Assembly (NCBI GenBank): GCA_964614035.1
Contig: CAZTKM010000005.1
Span: 10,028 to 74,027 of the forward strand
DNA: 64,000 nt
Source of the DNA: an uncultured Lachnobacterium sp.
GTDB taxonomy: Bacteria > Bacillota > Clostridia > Lachnospirales > Lachnospiraceae
Direction of reading: 5' to 3'
Within the stretch, counting starts at the first letter, position 1, and each line of letters opens with the position of its first letter. Shown one piece after another: positions 9,589 to 19,197 of the stretch. Below the pieces are notes generated by a model. The model was given only the letters and a program-made list of their open reading frames with translations, searched no databases and was not told where the DNA came from. The translations under genes were made by a program, and so were the position numbers.

Positions 9589-11712
9589 TTACACTTCAAA
9601 AATCAGATCGCCATAAGACGGCATCGGCCACATATCCTTATCTACAATCATCTCAAGCTTATCAACCGGACCGCGGAGTGCCTGCATTGCCACAGTTACC
9701 TCATCTTTATAGTACGTAGCCCGCTCTTTTCCTTCTTCCTTGGATGTTCCGACTGCCGTTACTTCCGCAAGCTTCGCAAGTGCAACCTTTGCATCGGAGA
9801 GAAGTGCGGAGGTCTCTTCCAGAAGCTCTGTCTGGACGCTCACATCGGCATCCGGGCAGGCGCCTTTTACTGCGGAAATTGAGTTCGCAAGCACTGTCGT
9901 ATACTTGATTACTGCCGGAATAATCTGTTTTCCGGCAATATCAATCATTGCCTTTGCCTCAATGTTGATGGTCTTTGCATAAGTCTCATATTCAATCTCT
10001 ACACGCGATTTAAGCTCCGTCTCCGTAAACACGCCGAATTTTTCAAATGCTGCCACCGATTCAGGAGCAATGTATGCAGGAATTGCCTCAACCATGGATT
10101 TGATATTTGGAAGTCCGCGTTTTGCCGCTTCCTCCACCCATTCATCCGAGTATCCGTTTCCGTTGAATACCACTCTCTCATGGGCTACCGCATACTCCTT
10201 AATGAGGTTATGTACGGCAAGATCAAAATCCTCTGCTTTTTCCAGAATATCGCATGCATCGGAAAAGGCCTCCGCAACAATCGTATTGAGTACAATATTC
10301 GGCTGTGCAACCGAATCCTTAGAACCAACCATACGGAATTCAAATTTGTTTCCGGTAAACGCAAACGGCGACGTACGATTGCGGTCTGTCGCATCCTTCA
10401 TAAAATCAGGAATCGTCTTGACGCCCGTCTCCAGTTTCTTTCCTTCCAGACTGTGTGTTGCGGCTCCCGTATTTACAAGCTGCGTAAGCACATCGCCGAG
10501 CTGGTCTCCAAGATAAACGGAAAGGATTGCAGGCGGCGCTTCGTTGGCACCTAATCTGTGGTCGTTTCCTACATCTGCCGCAGATGCGCGAAGCAGTGCT
10601 GCATGTTCGTCTATCGCCTTAAGAATACAAGTAAGTACCAGTAAGAACTGGACATTTTCATGCGGCGTCTTGCCCGGATCAAGCAGATTGATCCCGTCGT
10701 CTGTTGTTATCGACCAGTTATTGTGCTTTCCGGATCCGTTCACTCCTGCAAACGGTTTCTCATGGAGTAAGCACTGTAAACCATGTCGCCCGGCTACCTT
10801 CTTTAAGGTTTCCATCGTGAGCTGATTGTGGTCAACCGCTACATTGCACTCATCATAAATCGGTGCAAGCTCATGCTGTGCAGGAGCGACCTCATTGTGC
10901 TGTGTCTTAGCCGCTACTCCAAGCTTCCAGAGTTCTTTGTTTACATCCCTCATGTAAGCCGCGATTCTCTCGCGGATGGCGCCAAAGTAATGGTCATCCA
11001 TCTCCTGTCCCTTCGGAGGCATTGCCCCGAAAAGCGTACGGCCGGTAAATACCAGATCCTTTCTCTTTAAGTACTTCTCGCGGTCTACAATGAAGTATTC
11101 CTGTTCCGGCCCAACGGAAGGTGTAACCTTCTTGGATGTCGTATTTCCAAATAATCTTAAAAGGCGAAGAGACTGCTCGTTGATTGCCTCCATAGAACGG
11201 AGAAGCGGAGTCTTCTGGTCAAGAGCTTCTCCTGTGTAGGAGCAGAACGCAGTAGGAATGCAGAGCGTTGCGCCTGCGGCATCCTGTCTGACAAATGCCG
11301 GCGAAGTACAATCCCATGCGGTGTAGCCTCTGGCTTCGAATGTTGCGCGCAGCCCGCCGGATGGAAAAGAAGAGGCATCCGGTTCGCCTTTAATTAACTC
11401 TTTTCCGGAGAAGCTCATCAGCACTTTTCCGTTTGGCATCGGCGCCGTAATAAACGAATCGTGCTTCTCAGCGGTCACACCCGTAAGCGGCTGGAACCAA
11501 TGGGTATAATGGGTAGCTCCCTTTTCAATTGCCCATTCCTTCATCTCATGCGCAATTACATCAGCCGTATCAAGATCAAGCTCTCTTCCCTCGTCAATAA
11601 CCTCGTGAAGTTTTTTGTAGACTTTCTTTGGAAGACGTTCCTGCATGACCGCATCGTTAAACACGTTCTCGCCAAAGATGTCTGCTACGTTAAAATACTC
11701 TGTCTCGCTCAT
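9589..11712 (-). CDS. glnA: Glutamine synthetase type III
   Basis: 707 aa; [58 protein letters not shown]. Confidence 0.96.
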   Translation of the reverse strand: MSETEYFNVADIFGENVFNDAVMQERLPKKVYKKLHEVIDEGRELDLDTADVIAHEMKEWAIEKGATHYTHWFQPLTGVTAEKHDSFITAPMPNGKVLMSFSGKELIKGEPDASSFPSGGLRATFEARGYTAWDCTSPAFVRQDAAGATLCIPTAFCSYTGEALDQKTPLLRSMEAINEQSLRLLRLFGNTTSKKVTPSVGPEQEYFIVDREKYLKRKDLVFTGRTLFGAMPPKGQEMDDHYFGAIRERIAAYMRDVNKELWKLGVAAKTQHNEVAPAQHELAPIYDECNVAVDHNQLTMETLKKVAGRHGLQCLLHEKPFAGVNGSGKHNNWSITTDDGINLLDPGKTPHENVQFLLVLTCILKAIDEHAALLRASAADVGNDHRLGANEAPPAILSVYLGDQLGDVLTQLVNTGAATHSLEGKKLETGVKTIPDFMKDATDRNRTSPFAFTGNKFEFRMVGSKDSVAQPNIVLNTIVAEAFSDACDILEKAEDFDLAVHNLIKEYAVAHERVVFNGNGYSDEWVEEAAKRGLPNIKSMVEAIPAYIAPESVAAFEKFGVFTETELKSRVEIEYETYAKTINIEAKAMIDIAGKQIIPAVIKYTTVLANSISAVKGACPDADVSVQTELLEETSALLSDAKVALAKLAEVTAVGTSKEEGKERATYYKDEVTVAMQALRGPVDKLEMIVDKDMWPMPSYGDLIFEV

Positions 11713-11737
11713 AACCTAACCACCTTTCAAACTTCGT

Positions 11738-11777
11738 AAAAAAGGGCATCCCAAACCTCGTTGGAACGCCCTCGTTC
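11738..11777 (-). terminator. Leader terminator (attenuator) of glnA
   Basis: GGGCGTTCCAA-loop-TTGGGATGCCC followed by T6, ending 25 nt before the glnA ATG; an alternative hairpin GAAC-GAGGGC-GTTC overlaps its 5' arm. Confidence 0.65.
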
Positions 11778-11907
11778 AAGTTTCTTTTTATTACTGATAT
11801 TAAAATACATCTTCCGGCTGCAGATTTCAAGTTGTTTCTTGCTCAAAAGAAAACATTTGGATAATATGTGAATTTTTTTGCTTTCCGGCTTTCTTTTTTG
11901 TGCAAAT

Positions 11908-12777
11908 TTATTCGAACGCTTTTCCGACGGATCCGAATAACTCCATCTTCTCCTTAACGGTAGCTTTAATAGCCTCTGCTCCCGGAGCAAGCAGCTTACG
12001 AGGATCAAATCCCTTGCCCTCTAAATCCTTACCTTCTTCGATATATTTGCGTGTCGCATCCGCAAACGATAACTGGCACTCGGTATTCACGTTAATCTTG
12101 GATACTCCAAGATCAATCGCCTTCTTAATCATATCAGCCGGAATACCCGTACCGCCATGAAGAACGAGCGGCATGATTCCGGTCTTTTTCTGGATGGCAT
12201 CCAGAGTGTCAAAGCTAAGTCCGGCCCAGTTCGCCGGATACTTTCCATGAATGTTGCCGATTCCGGCTGCAAGCATGTCCACGCCCAGATCTGCAATTGC
12301 CTTACATTCATCCGGATCCGCACATTCGCCCATACCGATTACACCGTCTTCCTCTCCGCCGATGGAACCGACCTCCGCCTCAATAGAAAGCCCTAAATTA
12401 TGGGCAACGGCAACGAGTTCTTTGGTCTTTGCAATATTTTCTTCGATTGCGTAATGAGAGCCGTCAAACATGATGGATGTAAAGCCGGCCTTCACGCACT
12501 TATAGCATCCTTCGTAGGTTCCATGATCCAAATGGAGCGCTACAGGAACTGTGATGCCGAGAGACTCGTCCATCGCCTTTACCATAGCGGCAACGGTGCC
12601 AAAACCTGTCATATACTTTCCGGCGCCTTCCGATACGCCTAAAATTACAGGAGACTGTAACTCCTCAGCAGTCTGAAGAACTGACTTCGTCCACTCTAAG
12701 TTGTTAATGTTGAACTGTCCCACTGCATAATGACCGGCTTTTGCTTTCTTTAACATTTCGGTTGCAGAAACTAACAT
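11908..12777 (-). CDS. fba: Class II fructose-1,6-bisphosphate aldolase
   Basis: VGQFNINNLE, HLDHG, GNIHG, VLHGGTG, KINVNT. Confidence 0.96.
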   Translation of the reverse strand: MLVSATEMLKKAKAGHYAVGQFNINNLEWTKSVLQTAEELQSPVILGVSEGAGKYMTGFGTVAAMVKAMDESLGITVPVALHLDHGTYEGCYKCVKAGFTSIMFDGSHYAIEENIAKTKELVAVAHNLGLSIEAEVGSIGGEEDGVIGMGECADPDECKAIADLGVDMLAAGIGNIHGKYPANWAGLSFDTLDAIQKKTGIMPLVLHGGTGIPADMIKKAIDLGVSKINVNTECQLSFADATRKYIEEGKDLEGKGFDPRKLLAPGAEAIKATVKEKMELFGSVGKAFE

Positions 12778-12858
12778 ATCTTAATCCTCCTAAACTCTAA
12801 AACTCTTAATCTCATAATGTAGTTTGATTATAGTACACTTTCTTTCAAAAATAAAGGG

Positions 12859-13770
12859 CTACTTTTTTTCAATCGCCCCGTTTTTCGCCAGAGGTGCTAT
12901 CATTTCTATTCTCTTCTGCAGGTTCTTAATTGTAAGATTTGTATGCTCTCCGCCAAATTCGCCGTCCAATGTCCAGCCGACCGGCTCCTTGGAAAGAAAG
13001 CGGATCTCATTTGTTTTGAAGGAGTATATCAAATCCGAATCATCAATCAGGCTGGTGAGACACGCCAGTATCTCATTCAATTCAATCGGATTGTGCGGAT
13101 GCCGTATAAGCGTCACTTCAAACACGCCGTCATCCAGATGCACGTCACTTCCCGTAATGCCTTTAAAACCGCCTACCGAAATGGAATTCGTGACCATACC
13201 GTAGATAAAATCATCCTGAATCACAGTGCCGTCATACTCCACCTGCATCTTGTGGGAAGAGATATCATGAAGCGATTTTGCCCCCTCCAATATGTAGGCA
13301 ACATGTCCCAAAATATTCTTCAGTTCCTGGGAAGTCTGATAGGAGACCTCCGTAAACAGTCCGAATGCAGCTACATATACAAAGGTACCTCCGTTGAAGG
13401 ACCCTACATCGCATGGGAATCTTTGATCAGTGACCGCCACCTTGGCCGCTTCCACCATGCCCTTCGGGATTCCGAGGGAGTTCGCAAAGTCATTGGTGCT
13501 CCCGGCAGGAATATATCCGACCGGAATATCCACGCCGCTCTGTATCAGTCCGGTTACCACCTCATCTAAAGTTCCGTCTCCTCCGCTGCAGATAATCCGG
13601 TCAAACTTCTTCGCCTCTTCCTCCACCTTTCGGATTGCATCGCCCTGACTCTGCGTAGTATAAATCGTCACATCAAAAGAAGCCTTTACCATGATGTCAA
13701 CGATTTCTAAAAGGTCATTTCGAATCAGCCCTTTTCCGGAGTGCGGGTTAAAAATAAAAAGTACTCTCAT
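12859..13770 (-). CDS. Diacylglycerol/lipid kinase (YegS/BmrU family)
   Basis: NPHSGK, GGDGT, PAGSTNDFA, LDGE. Confidence 0.92.
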   Translation of the reverse strand: MRVLFIFNPHSGKGLIRNDLLEIVDIMVKASFDVTIYTTQSQGDAIRKVEEEAKKFDRIICSGGDGTLDEVVTGLIQSGVDIPVGYIPAGSTNDFANSLGIPKGMVEAAKVAVTDQRFPCDVGSFNGGTFVYVAAFGLFTEVSYQTSQELKNILGHVAYILEGAKSLHDISSHKMQVEYDGTVIQDDFIYGMVTNSISVGGFKGITGSDVHLDDGVFEVTLIRHPHNPIELNEILACLTSLIDDSDLIYSFKTNEIRFLSKEPVGWTLDGEFGGEHTNLTIKNLQKRIEMIAPLAKNGAIEKK

Positions 13771-14015
13771 CTCTCTAAAAACTCGCTGATTGCAGCGATT
13801 GCCTCCTCCTCGTCTTCCCCTGTAACCTCAATGGTAACTGCCTTTCCCGGGTCAAGTCCAAGCCCCATGATTCCCATAATGCTTTTTGCACTTACGGTCT
13901 TATCCTCCATATAAAAAATAATACGGCTTTTATAATGTTCCGCCACTGCCACCAGCTCTGCCAGCGGTCGTGCCTCAAGCACCGCATCTGATTTTACAAT
14001 GATGTCCTTTTTCAT
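13767..14015 (-). CDS. HPr-family (Crh-like) protein, His15 replaced by Glu
   Basis: LEARP instead of LHARP; SAKSIMG (Ser46) retained; directly after whiA; GGAGG RBS before ATG 14015. Confidence 0.85.
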   Translation of the reverse strand: MKKDIIVKSDAVLEARPLAELVAVAEHYKSRIIFYMEDKTVSAKSIMGIMGLGLDPGKAVTIEVTGEDEEEAIAAISEFLER

Positions 14016-14025
14016 AAGATTCCTC

Positions 14026-14901
14026 CTATCCCATTCTGCAATTTTCCGCAATTTCGGAAAGTCTGCGGAGTCTGTGATTTACTCCGCTCTTCCCAACCGG
14101 CGGATCCATCAGGGTTCCCAGTTCCTTAAGCGGCGTATCCGGATATTCCAATCGAAGCTCTGCCATCTGTCTAAGATGATCCGGAAGTTTCTCAAAGCCT
14201 ATCGTATCGTGGATCAATACAATGTCATCAATCTGTTTAACCGCTGCGCTTACCGTCTTTTTGATATTTGCCGTCTCACAGTTTACCTGCCTGTTGAGCG
14301 AATTGCGCATTTCCTTTATGATACGCACATTCTCCAAATTCATCAAAGAAACATACGCTTCCATGACATTAAGCATATCGACAATCTGTGCGCCTTCTTT
14401 TAAATATACCACATAATGCCCTTTGCGTTCCACTATTTTGGCGTCACATGCAAAATCCTGCATGAGCTCTCTCAGCTGCAGAGCCTGTTCTTCCTTCTCG
14501 CACACCACCTCGAAATGGTAGGATTTATTCGGATCGCTCATCGATCCCGCAGAAAGAAACGCGCCTCGTATGAACGCCCGTTTACAGCACATCTTCTGAA
14601 CAAGAAGACCGTCCGCTTTAAAATGGTTCCCCTTATCCGGTTCCCATTTGATGGCATCAAGGACTCTCTTTGCTTCTTTTCCCAAAAGAGGTTTTGATAT
14701 ATCTACGGAAAATGCCTGTCTCATAAGCAGCGCATACTTCTGTAGTAACAGATCGTTATCCGTTATCAGTTCTATTTCAAAGGTTTGTGCGTCAATCCTT
14801 CCATTCAGAGAAATCATTGCGGCAAGCTCTGCAATCTGACAGTGTCTGCTCCTTGAAAACTGTTTGGAAAGCTCGCCTTTTACATCACTTGAAAATGACA
14901 T
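14026..14901 (-). CDS. whiA: DNA-binding protein WhiA
   Basis: MSFSSDVKGEL, AFIRGAFL, NRQVNCETAN, KSGVNHRLR. Confidence 0.95.
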   Translation of the reverse strand: MSFSSDVKGELSKQFSRSRHCQIAELAAMISLNGRIDAQTFEIELITDNDLLLQKYALLMRQAFSVDISKPLLGKEAKRVLDAIKWEPDKGNHFKADGLLVQKMCCKRAFIRGAFLSAGSMSDPNKSYHFEVVCEKEEQALQLRELMQDFACDAKIVERKGHYVVYLKEGAQIVDMLNVMEAYVSLMNLENVRIIKEMRNSLNRQVNCETANIKKTVSAAVKQIDDIVLIHDTIGFEKLPDHLRQMAELRLEYPDTPLKELGTLMDPPVGKSGVNHRLRRLSEIAENCRMG

Positions 14902-15774
14902 CTATTTTCCTCTTAAAGCATCCTTTCCCAAATCGCGATGCTCTATCTTTAAGCCGTATTCCTTTTTTCCGTCAAGTCTTTTGTACAGCTCGTTTGCTAG
15001 CGTAACCGAGCGGTGCTTGCCGCCGGTGCATCCGATTGATATGACCAGCTGGTTTTTCCCCTCTGCGATATAATTCGGAATTAGAAAATTGATCATATCC
15101 TCCAGCTTATCGACGAATTCATTTGCCTCTTTATACTGCATTACAAATTCCTGAATCTCGGGATCGTTCCCCGTCTTTGCGCGAAGACCTTCCACATAGT
15201 ACGGATTCGGAAGAAAACGCACATCCATGACAATGTCCGAGTCAGCCGGAATTCCGTATTTAAAGCCAAAGGAAAGGATTGTGACAAACAGGTTCTTGTA
15301 ATCCTGATTCTGGATAAAAATTTTCTCCAGTTCCACCTTCAACTCTCTGGTCAGCAGACGGCTTGTATCAATGATGTAGTTCGCTCGTTCCTTTAACCCT
15401 GCAAGCTGTATTCTCTCTTCCGCAATTCCTTTATCGATCCGCTCGCCTGTTGCAAGCGGATGGTTTCGTCTGGTCTCCTTGTAACGCTTGACAAGCACCT
15501 GATCCTCTGCATCCAGAAAAAGGATCTCATAGGGTAGGTCTTTGGTGTCCATCTGCTCAAGGGCTCCCTTGATATCGCCGAACTCTTTTCCGCTCCGGAT
15601 GTCGATCCCTATAGCGACCTTCTGCATCTCGGTAACATTGACCGAAAAATCCATAAATTTGTCGAGCAGCGGAATCGGGAGATTGTCGATACAGAAAAAT
15701 CCCATATCCTCCATCATACTCATTGCCGTCTTTTTTCCTGCGCCGGACATTCCGGTTACGATTACAAGCTTCAC
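14902..15774 (-). CDS. rapZ: RNase adapter RapZ (YvcJ family)
   Basis: GMSGAGK Walker A, DNLP, SFGFKYG, GCTGGKHRSV. Confidence 0.95.
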   Translation of the reverse strand: MKLVIVTGMSGAGKKTAMSMMEDMGFFCIDNLPIPLLDKFMDFSVNVTEMQKVAIGIDIRSGKEFGDIKGALEQMDTKDLPYEILFLDAEDQVLVKRYKETRRNHPLATGERIDKGIAEERIQLAGLKERANYIIDTSRLLTRELKVELEKIFIQNQDYKNLFVTILSFGFKYGIPADSDIVMDVRFLPNPYYVEGLRAKTGNDPEIQEFVMQYKEANEFVDKLEDMINFLIPNYIAEGKNQLVISIGCTGGKHRSVTLANELYKRLDGKKEYGLKIEHRDLGKDALRGK

Positions 15775-15778
15775 AAAT

Positions 15779-16684
15779 CTACTCTCCTATTATTTTCACC
15801 TCAGGTACAAGCTCCACCTGAAATTGACGGTATACTTCTTTTTTGACATCCCCGATAAGCGTCAGGACATCCTGTGCGGTCGCACTGCCCCTATTGATGA
15901 CAAAACCATTATGCTTTTCGGAGACCTGTGCCCCGCCGACCGAATAGCCGGATAATCCGCTGTCCTGAATCAGTTTTCCCGCAAAGTATCCCTCCGGTCT
16001 TTTAAATGTGCTTCCCGCACTTGGAAATTCGAGAGGCTGCTTCTCTGCCCGCCGCCCCCTTATATCGTCCATTTTCTCCAGAATCAATTCCTTTTCCTGC
16101 GGTTCCAGTTCAATCGCAGCCTCCGCCACGATATATCCTTTTTCCTCGATGCAGCTGTGCCTGTAGGACAAGTCCAATTCTTCATTGGAAAGCGTCCGCT
16201 CATTCCCATTGCGATCTATTACCTTCGCGGACACCAGCACCTGCTTCATCTCGCCGCCGTATGCTCCTGCATTCATCACGACGGCTCCGCCTAAGCTGCC
16301 CGGAATGCCGGATGCGAACTCAAAGCCGCCAAGTCCCGCGTCAGCCGCCGTCCTTGCAATTTTTGACAGGAGCGCTCCCGCCTGGGCTGTAATGCAGTTT
16401 CCGTTTACGCGAATCTCATCCATATTCTTACCGATTTCGATTACAAGCCCGCGGATTCCGCCGTCCTTCACTAACAGATTACTTCCGTTTCCGATAATGG
16501 TAACCGGCACATCGTCCTGCTTTGCAAGGGCCAGAATCTGTTTCAATTGTTCCTTCGAGGCAGAAACATAACAGTCTGCATTTCCTCCGATGCGAAATGT
16601 TGTATGATCTTTCATGGGTTCATTCAGACGGATGCTTTCGTCCGGAATAACCGTCCTAAGATGCTCGAAAAAAAGTTTGTTCAT
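15779..16684 (-). CDS. murB: UDP-N-acetylenolpyruvoylglucosamine reductase
   Basis: TTFRIGG, GNGSN, IPGSLGGAVVMNAGAYG, SAGSTFKRP. Confidence 0.96.
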   Translation of the reverse strand: MNKLFFEHLRTVIPDESIRLNEPMKDHTTFRIGGNADCYVSASKEQLKQILALAKQDDVPVTIIGNGSNLLVKDGGIRGLVIEIGKNMDEIRVNGNCITAQAGALLSKIARTAADAGLGGFEFASGIPGSLGGAVVMNAGAYGGEMKQVLVSAKVIDRNGNERTLSNEELDLSYRHSCIEEKGYIVAEAAIELEPQEKELILEKMDDIRGRRAEKQPLEFPSAGSTFKRPEGYFAGKLIQDSGLSGYSVGGAQVSEKHNGFVINRGSATAQDVLTLIGDVKKEVYRQFQVELVPEVKIIGE

Positions 16685-16688
16685 CTAA

Positions 16689-18086
16689 CTATGCTTCCTT
16701 TAAAAACGCTGCGTAACAGTTTAATGCCTCATAAAGATCTACCTTGCTGATGATTTCCCATGGTGCATGCATGTTAAGAACCGCCACTCCGCTGTCAATC
16801 ACATTCATGTTGTAATTTGCAAGGATGTAAGCGATTGTTCCGCCTCCGCCCTGATCTACTTTTCCAAGCTCTGCGGTCTGGAACGATACCTTATTTGTAT
16901 CCATAATATTACGAAGCTTTGCAATATATTCGGGGTTGGCATCATTCGATCCGTATTTTCCGCGCGATCCGGTGTACTTGTTAAATACGATTCCTTTTCC
17001 GAAATATGCAGCGTTTCTCTTCTCCATCACGCTCGGATAGTTCGGATCGAAGGCTGCCGATACATCCGAGGATAATACCTTCGAATTTTTAAGCGCCCGG
17101 CGAACCTTAAGCTCGCTATAAGCATCCGTCAAATTCACAAGTTCGGCCACGCAGTTCTCAAAGAATTTCGACTGCATTCCGCTGGCTCCGACGCTTCCGA
17201 TTTCTTCCTTATCAACTAACAGACATACGCTTGTTGTTTCCGGTTTCTTAATCTCAAGCATTGCGCGGTAGGACGGATATGCACATACGCGGTCGTCATG
17301 CCCGTATCCCATAATCATGCTTCTGTCAAATCCGTAGTCTCTTGCTTCTCCGGCAGGCACCACTTCAATTTCTGCGGAAAGGAAATCATCCTCCTCCACG
17401 CCATATGCCTTCTCAAGAATGGCAAGAATGTTCGCCTTTACACGCTCTTTTTCTTCCTTTTTATCCTTCTTTTCCGCCTCGGGAATACTTCCGATTAACA
17501 GGTCCAGGTTTTCTCCTTCAATGACCTTTGCCGCTTTCTTTTCCATCTGCTCGGCCGACAGATGAACCAGCAGATCGCTTACTCCGAATACAGGGTCGCC
17601 CGGCTTATCTCCGATATTTACGCTTACTGTGGAACCGTCCTTTTTGCAGATCACTCCATGAAGCGCAAGCGGAAGCGTTACCCACTGATACTTCTTGATA
17701 CCGCCGTAATAGTGGGTATCCAGAAAAGCCATCTCCGTATCTTCATACAATGGTACCTGCTTCAAATCCATTCGCGGCGAGTCAATATGGGCGCCGAGAA
17801 TATTCATTCCCTGCTCCATAGGCTTTGTTCCGATGACAAACAGAGCAAGACCTTTTCCCATATTGTTTGCGACAATCTTATCTCCGGCCTTTAATTTCTT
17901 CTTACCTTTTACAACTTCGTCAAAATCGTGAAATCCATGCTCCTTTGCGTCTTCATAAATTGCGGCCGCGCACTCGCGCTCGGTCTTGCATTCTGAGATG
18001 AACTTACGATAGTCCTCTGCAAAAGCAAATACCTGATCCCGTTTTTTTCCTTCCGGATATTTTTCCCATGCATTCTTCTTGTCCAT
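16689..18086 (-). CDS. M18-family aminopeptidase
   Basis: GAHIDSP, YYGGIKKYQW, GHDDRVC, KEEIGS, MHAPWE. Confidence 0.93.
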   Translation of the reverse strand: MDKKNAWEKYPEGKKRDQVFAFAEDYRKFISECKTERECAAAIYEDAKEHGFHDFDEVVKGKKKLKAGDKIVANNMGKGLALFVIGTKPMEQGMNILGAHIDSPRMDLKQVPLYEDTEMAFLDTHYYGGIKKYQWVTLPLALHGVICKKDGSTVSVNIGDKPGDPVFGVSDLLVHLSAEQMEKKAAKVIEGENLDLLIGSIPEAEKKDKKEEKERVKANILAILEKAYGVEEDDFLSAEIEVVPAGEARDYGFDRSMIMGYGHDDRVCAYPSYRAMLEIKKPETTSVCLLVDKEEIGSVGASGMQSKFFENCVAELVNLTDAYSELKVRRALKNSKVLSSDVSAAFDPNYPSVMEKRNAAYFGKGIVFNKYTGSRGKYGSNDANPEYIAKLRNIMDTNKVSFQTAELGKVDQGGGGTIAYILANYNMNVIDSGVAVLNMHAPWEIISKVDLYEALNCYAAFLKEA

Positions 18087-18112
18087 TTTTACATCCTCTT
18101 TCTTTTCTATAT

Positions 18113-19057
18113 TTAGTCGTCTTCATCGCGTCTCTTGGTAAGATTCTCCTGCACTCTGCGATACAATTCCTGCGCCGCATTGTACCCCATCTTTTTTTGT
18201 CTGTGGTTGACGGCTGCGGTCTCACAAATAACGGCCAGATTACGGCCGGGACGGATTGGAAGTGAATGACAGACTATTTTATTTCCCAAATATTCAATAT
18301 ACTCCTCCTCCAGCCCAAGCCTGTCATACTCCGCTTCCTTCTTCCAGTCCTCCAGCTTAATGACAAGATCGATCTGCTGCTTCTCTTTCACACACTCTAC
18401 GCCGTAAAGAGTTTTCACATCGATAATTCCGATACCCCGAAGCTCAATAAAGTGTCTTGTTATATCCGGCGAAGTTCCCATCAGGGTATGCTCGTTGATT
18501 TTTCGGATTTCCACAACATCATCGGTAACAAGACGGTGGCCTCTCCGAATCAGTTCCAATGCGGCCTCGCTCTTTCCGATTCCGCTGTCTCCGGTAATCA
18601 AAAGTCCCTCGCCGTATACATCTACCAGCACTCCATGAATCGTAATGCAGGGCGCAAGCTGTTCGCCCAGCGTATAAATGAGTTCCGCCATAAACTCCGA
18701 AGTCGAACGGCCTGTTCCGAGAAGCGGAATACTGCTCTCCTGCGCTGCCTGAAGAAAAATCTCATCCGGTTCCAGATTGCGGCAGAAGATGATACATGGA
18801 ATATCAAACTTCAAAAATTCCGTAATATGCCTCTTCCTCTCCTCATCCGATAATTTCTGCAGGAATGTGTACTCAACGTTACCGATAATCTGTACCCTGC
18901 TCTGCTGGAAATGTTCAAAGTATCCGGTCAGCTGAAGCGCGGGACGATTTACATCCGTTGTCGTAATCTTTCTCCTTTTTACTTCAATCTCATCTGTAAA
19001 ATTTTTTAGATCCAACAGTTCAATAATTTTTGCAATGCTTACTCCGTTCGTTGCCAT
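18113..19057 (-). CDS. hprK: HPr(Ser) kinase/phosphorylase
   Basis: HGVLVDVYG, GDSGIGKSE, DD motif, ELRGIGIID, PIRPGRN; GAGGAGG RBS before ATG 19057. Confidence 0.96.
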   Translation of the reverse strand: MATNGVSIAKIIELLDLKNFTDEIEVKRRKITTTDVNRPALQLTGYFEHFQQSRVQIIGNVEYTFLQKLSDEERKRHITEFLKFDIPCIIFCRNLEPDEIFLQAAQESSIPLLGTGRSTSEFMAELIYTLGEQLAPCITIHGVLVDVYGEGLLITGDSGIGKSEAALELIRRGHRLVTDDVVEIRKINEHTLMGTSPDITRHFIELRGIGIIDVKTLYGVECVKEKQQIDLVIKLEDWKKEAEYDRLGLEEEYIEYLGNKIVCHSLPIRPGRNLAVICETAAVNHRQKKMGYNAAQELYRRVQENLTKRRDEDD

Positions 19058-19075
19058 AAAACCCTCCTCGTTCTG

Positions 19076-19192
19076 TGCAGGCACATTCTTCCCGCTAACG
19101 CTCATTGTATCATGAATCAGAGATTCCTGATCGTCATTCGCCGCTCGCCGAATATGCAGGCACATTCTTCTCGCTAACGCTCATTGTATCAT
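19076..19192. repeat. 38-bp direct repeat (2 copies, 1 mismatch) with a 41-bp spacer
   Basis: TGCAGGCACATTCTTC(C/T)CGCTAACGCTCATTGTATCAT at 19076-19113 and 19155-19192. Confidence 0.9.
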
Positions 19193-19197
19193 AATTC

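Noticed and set aside
19076-19192. CRISPR array
   Set aside because: Only two repeats and one spacer, no leader, no cas genes in the window; kept as an unexplained repeat
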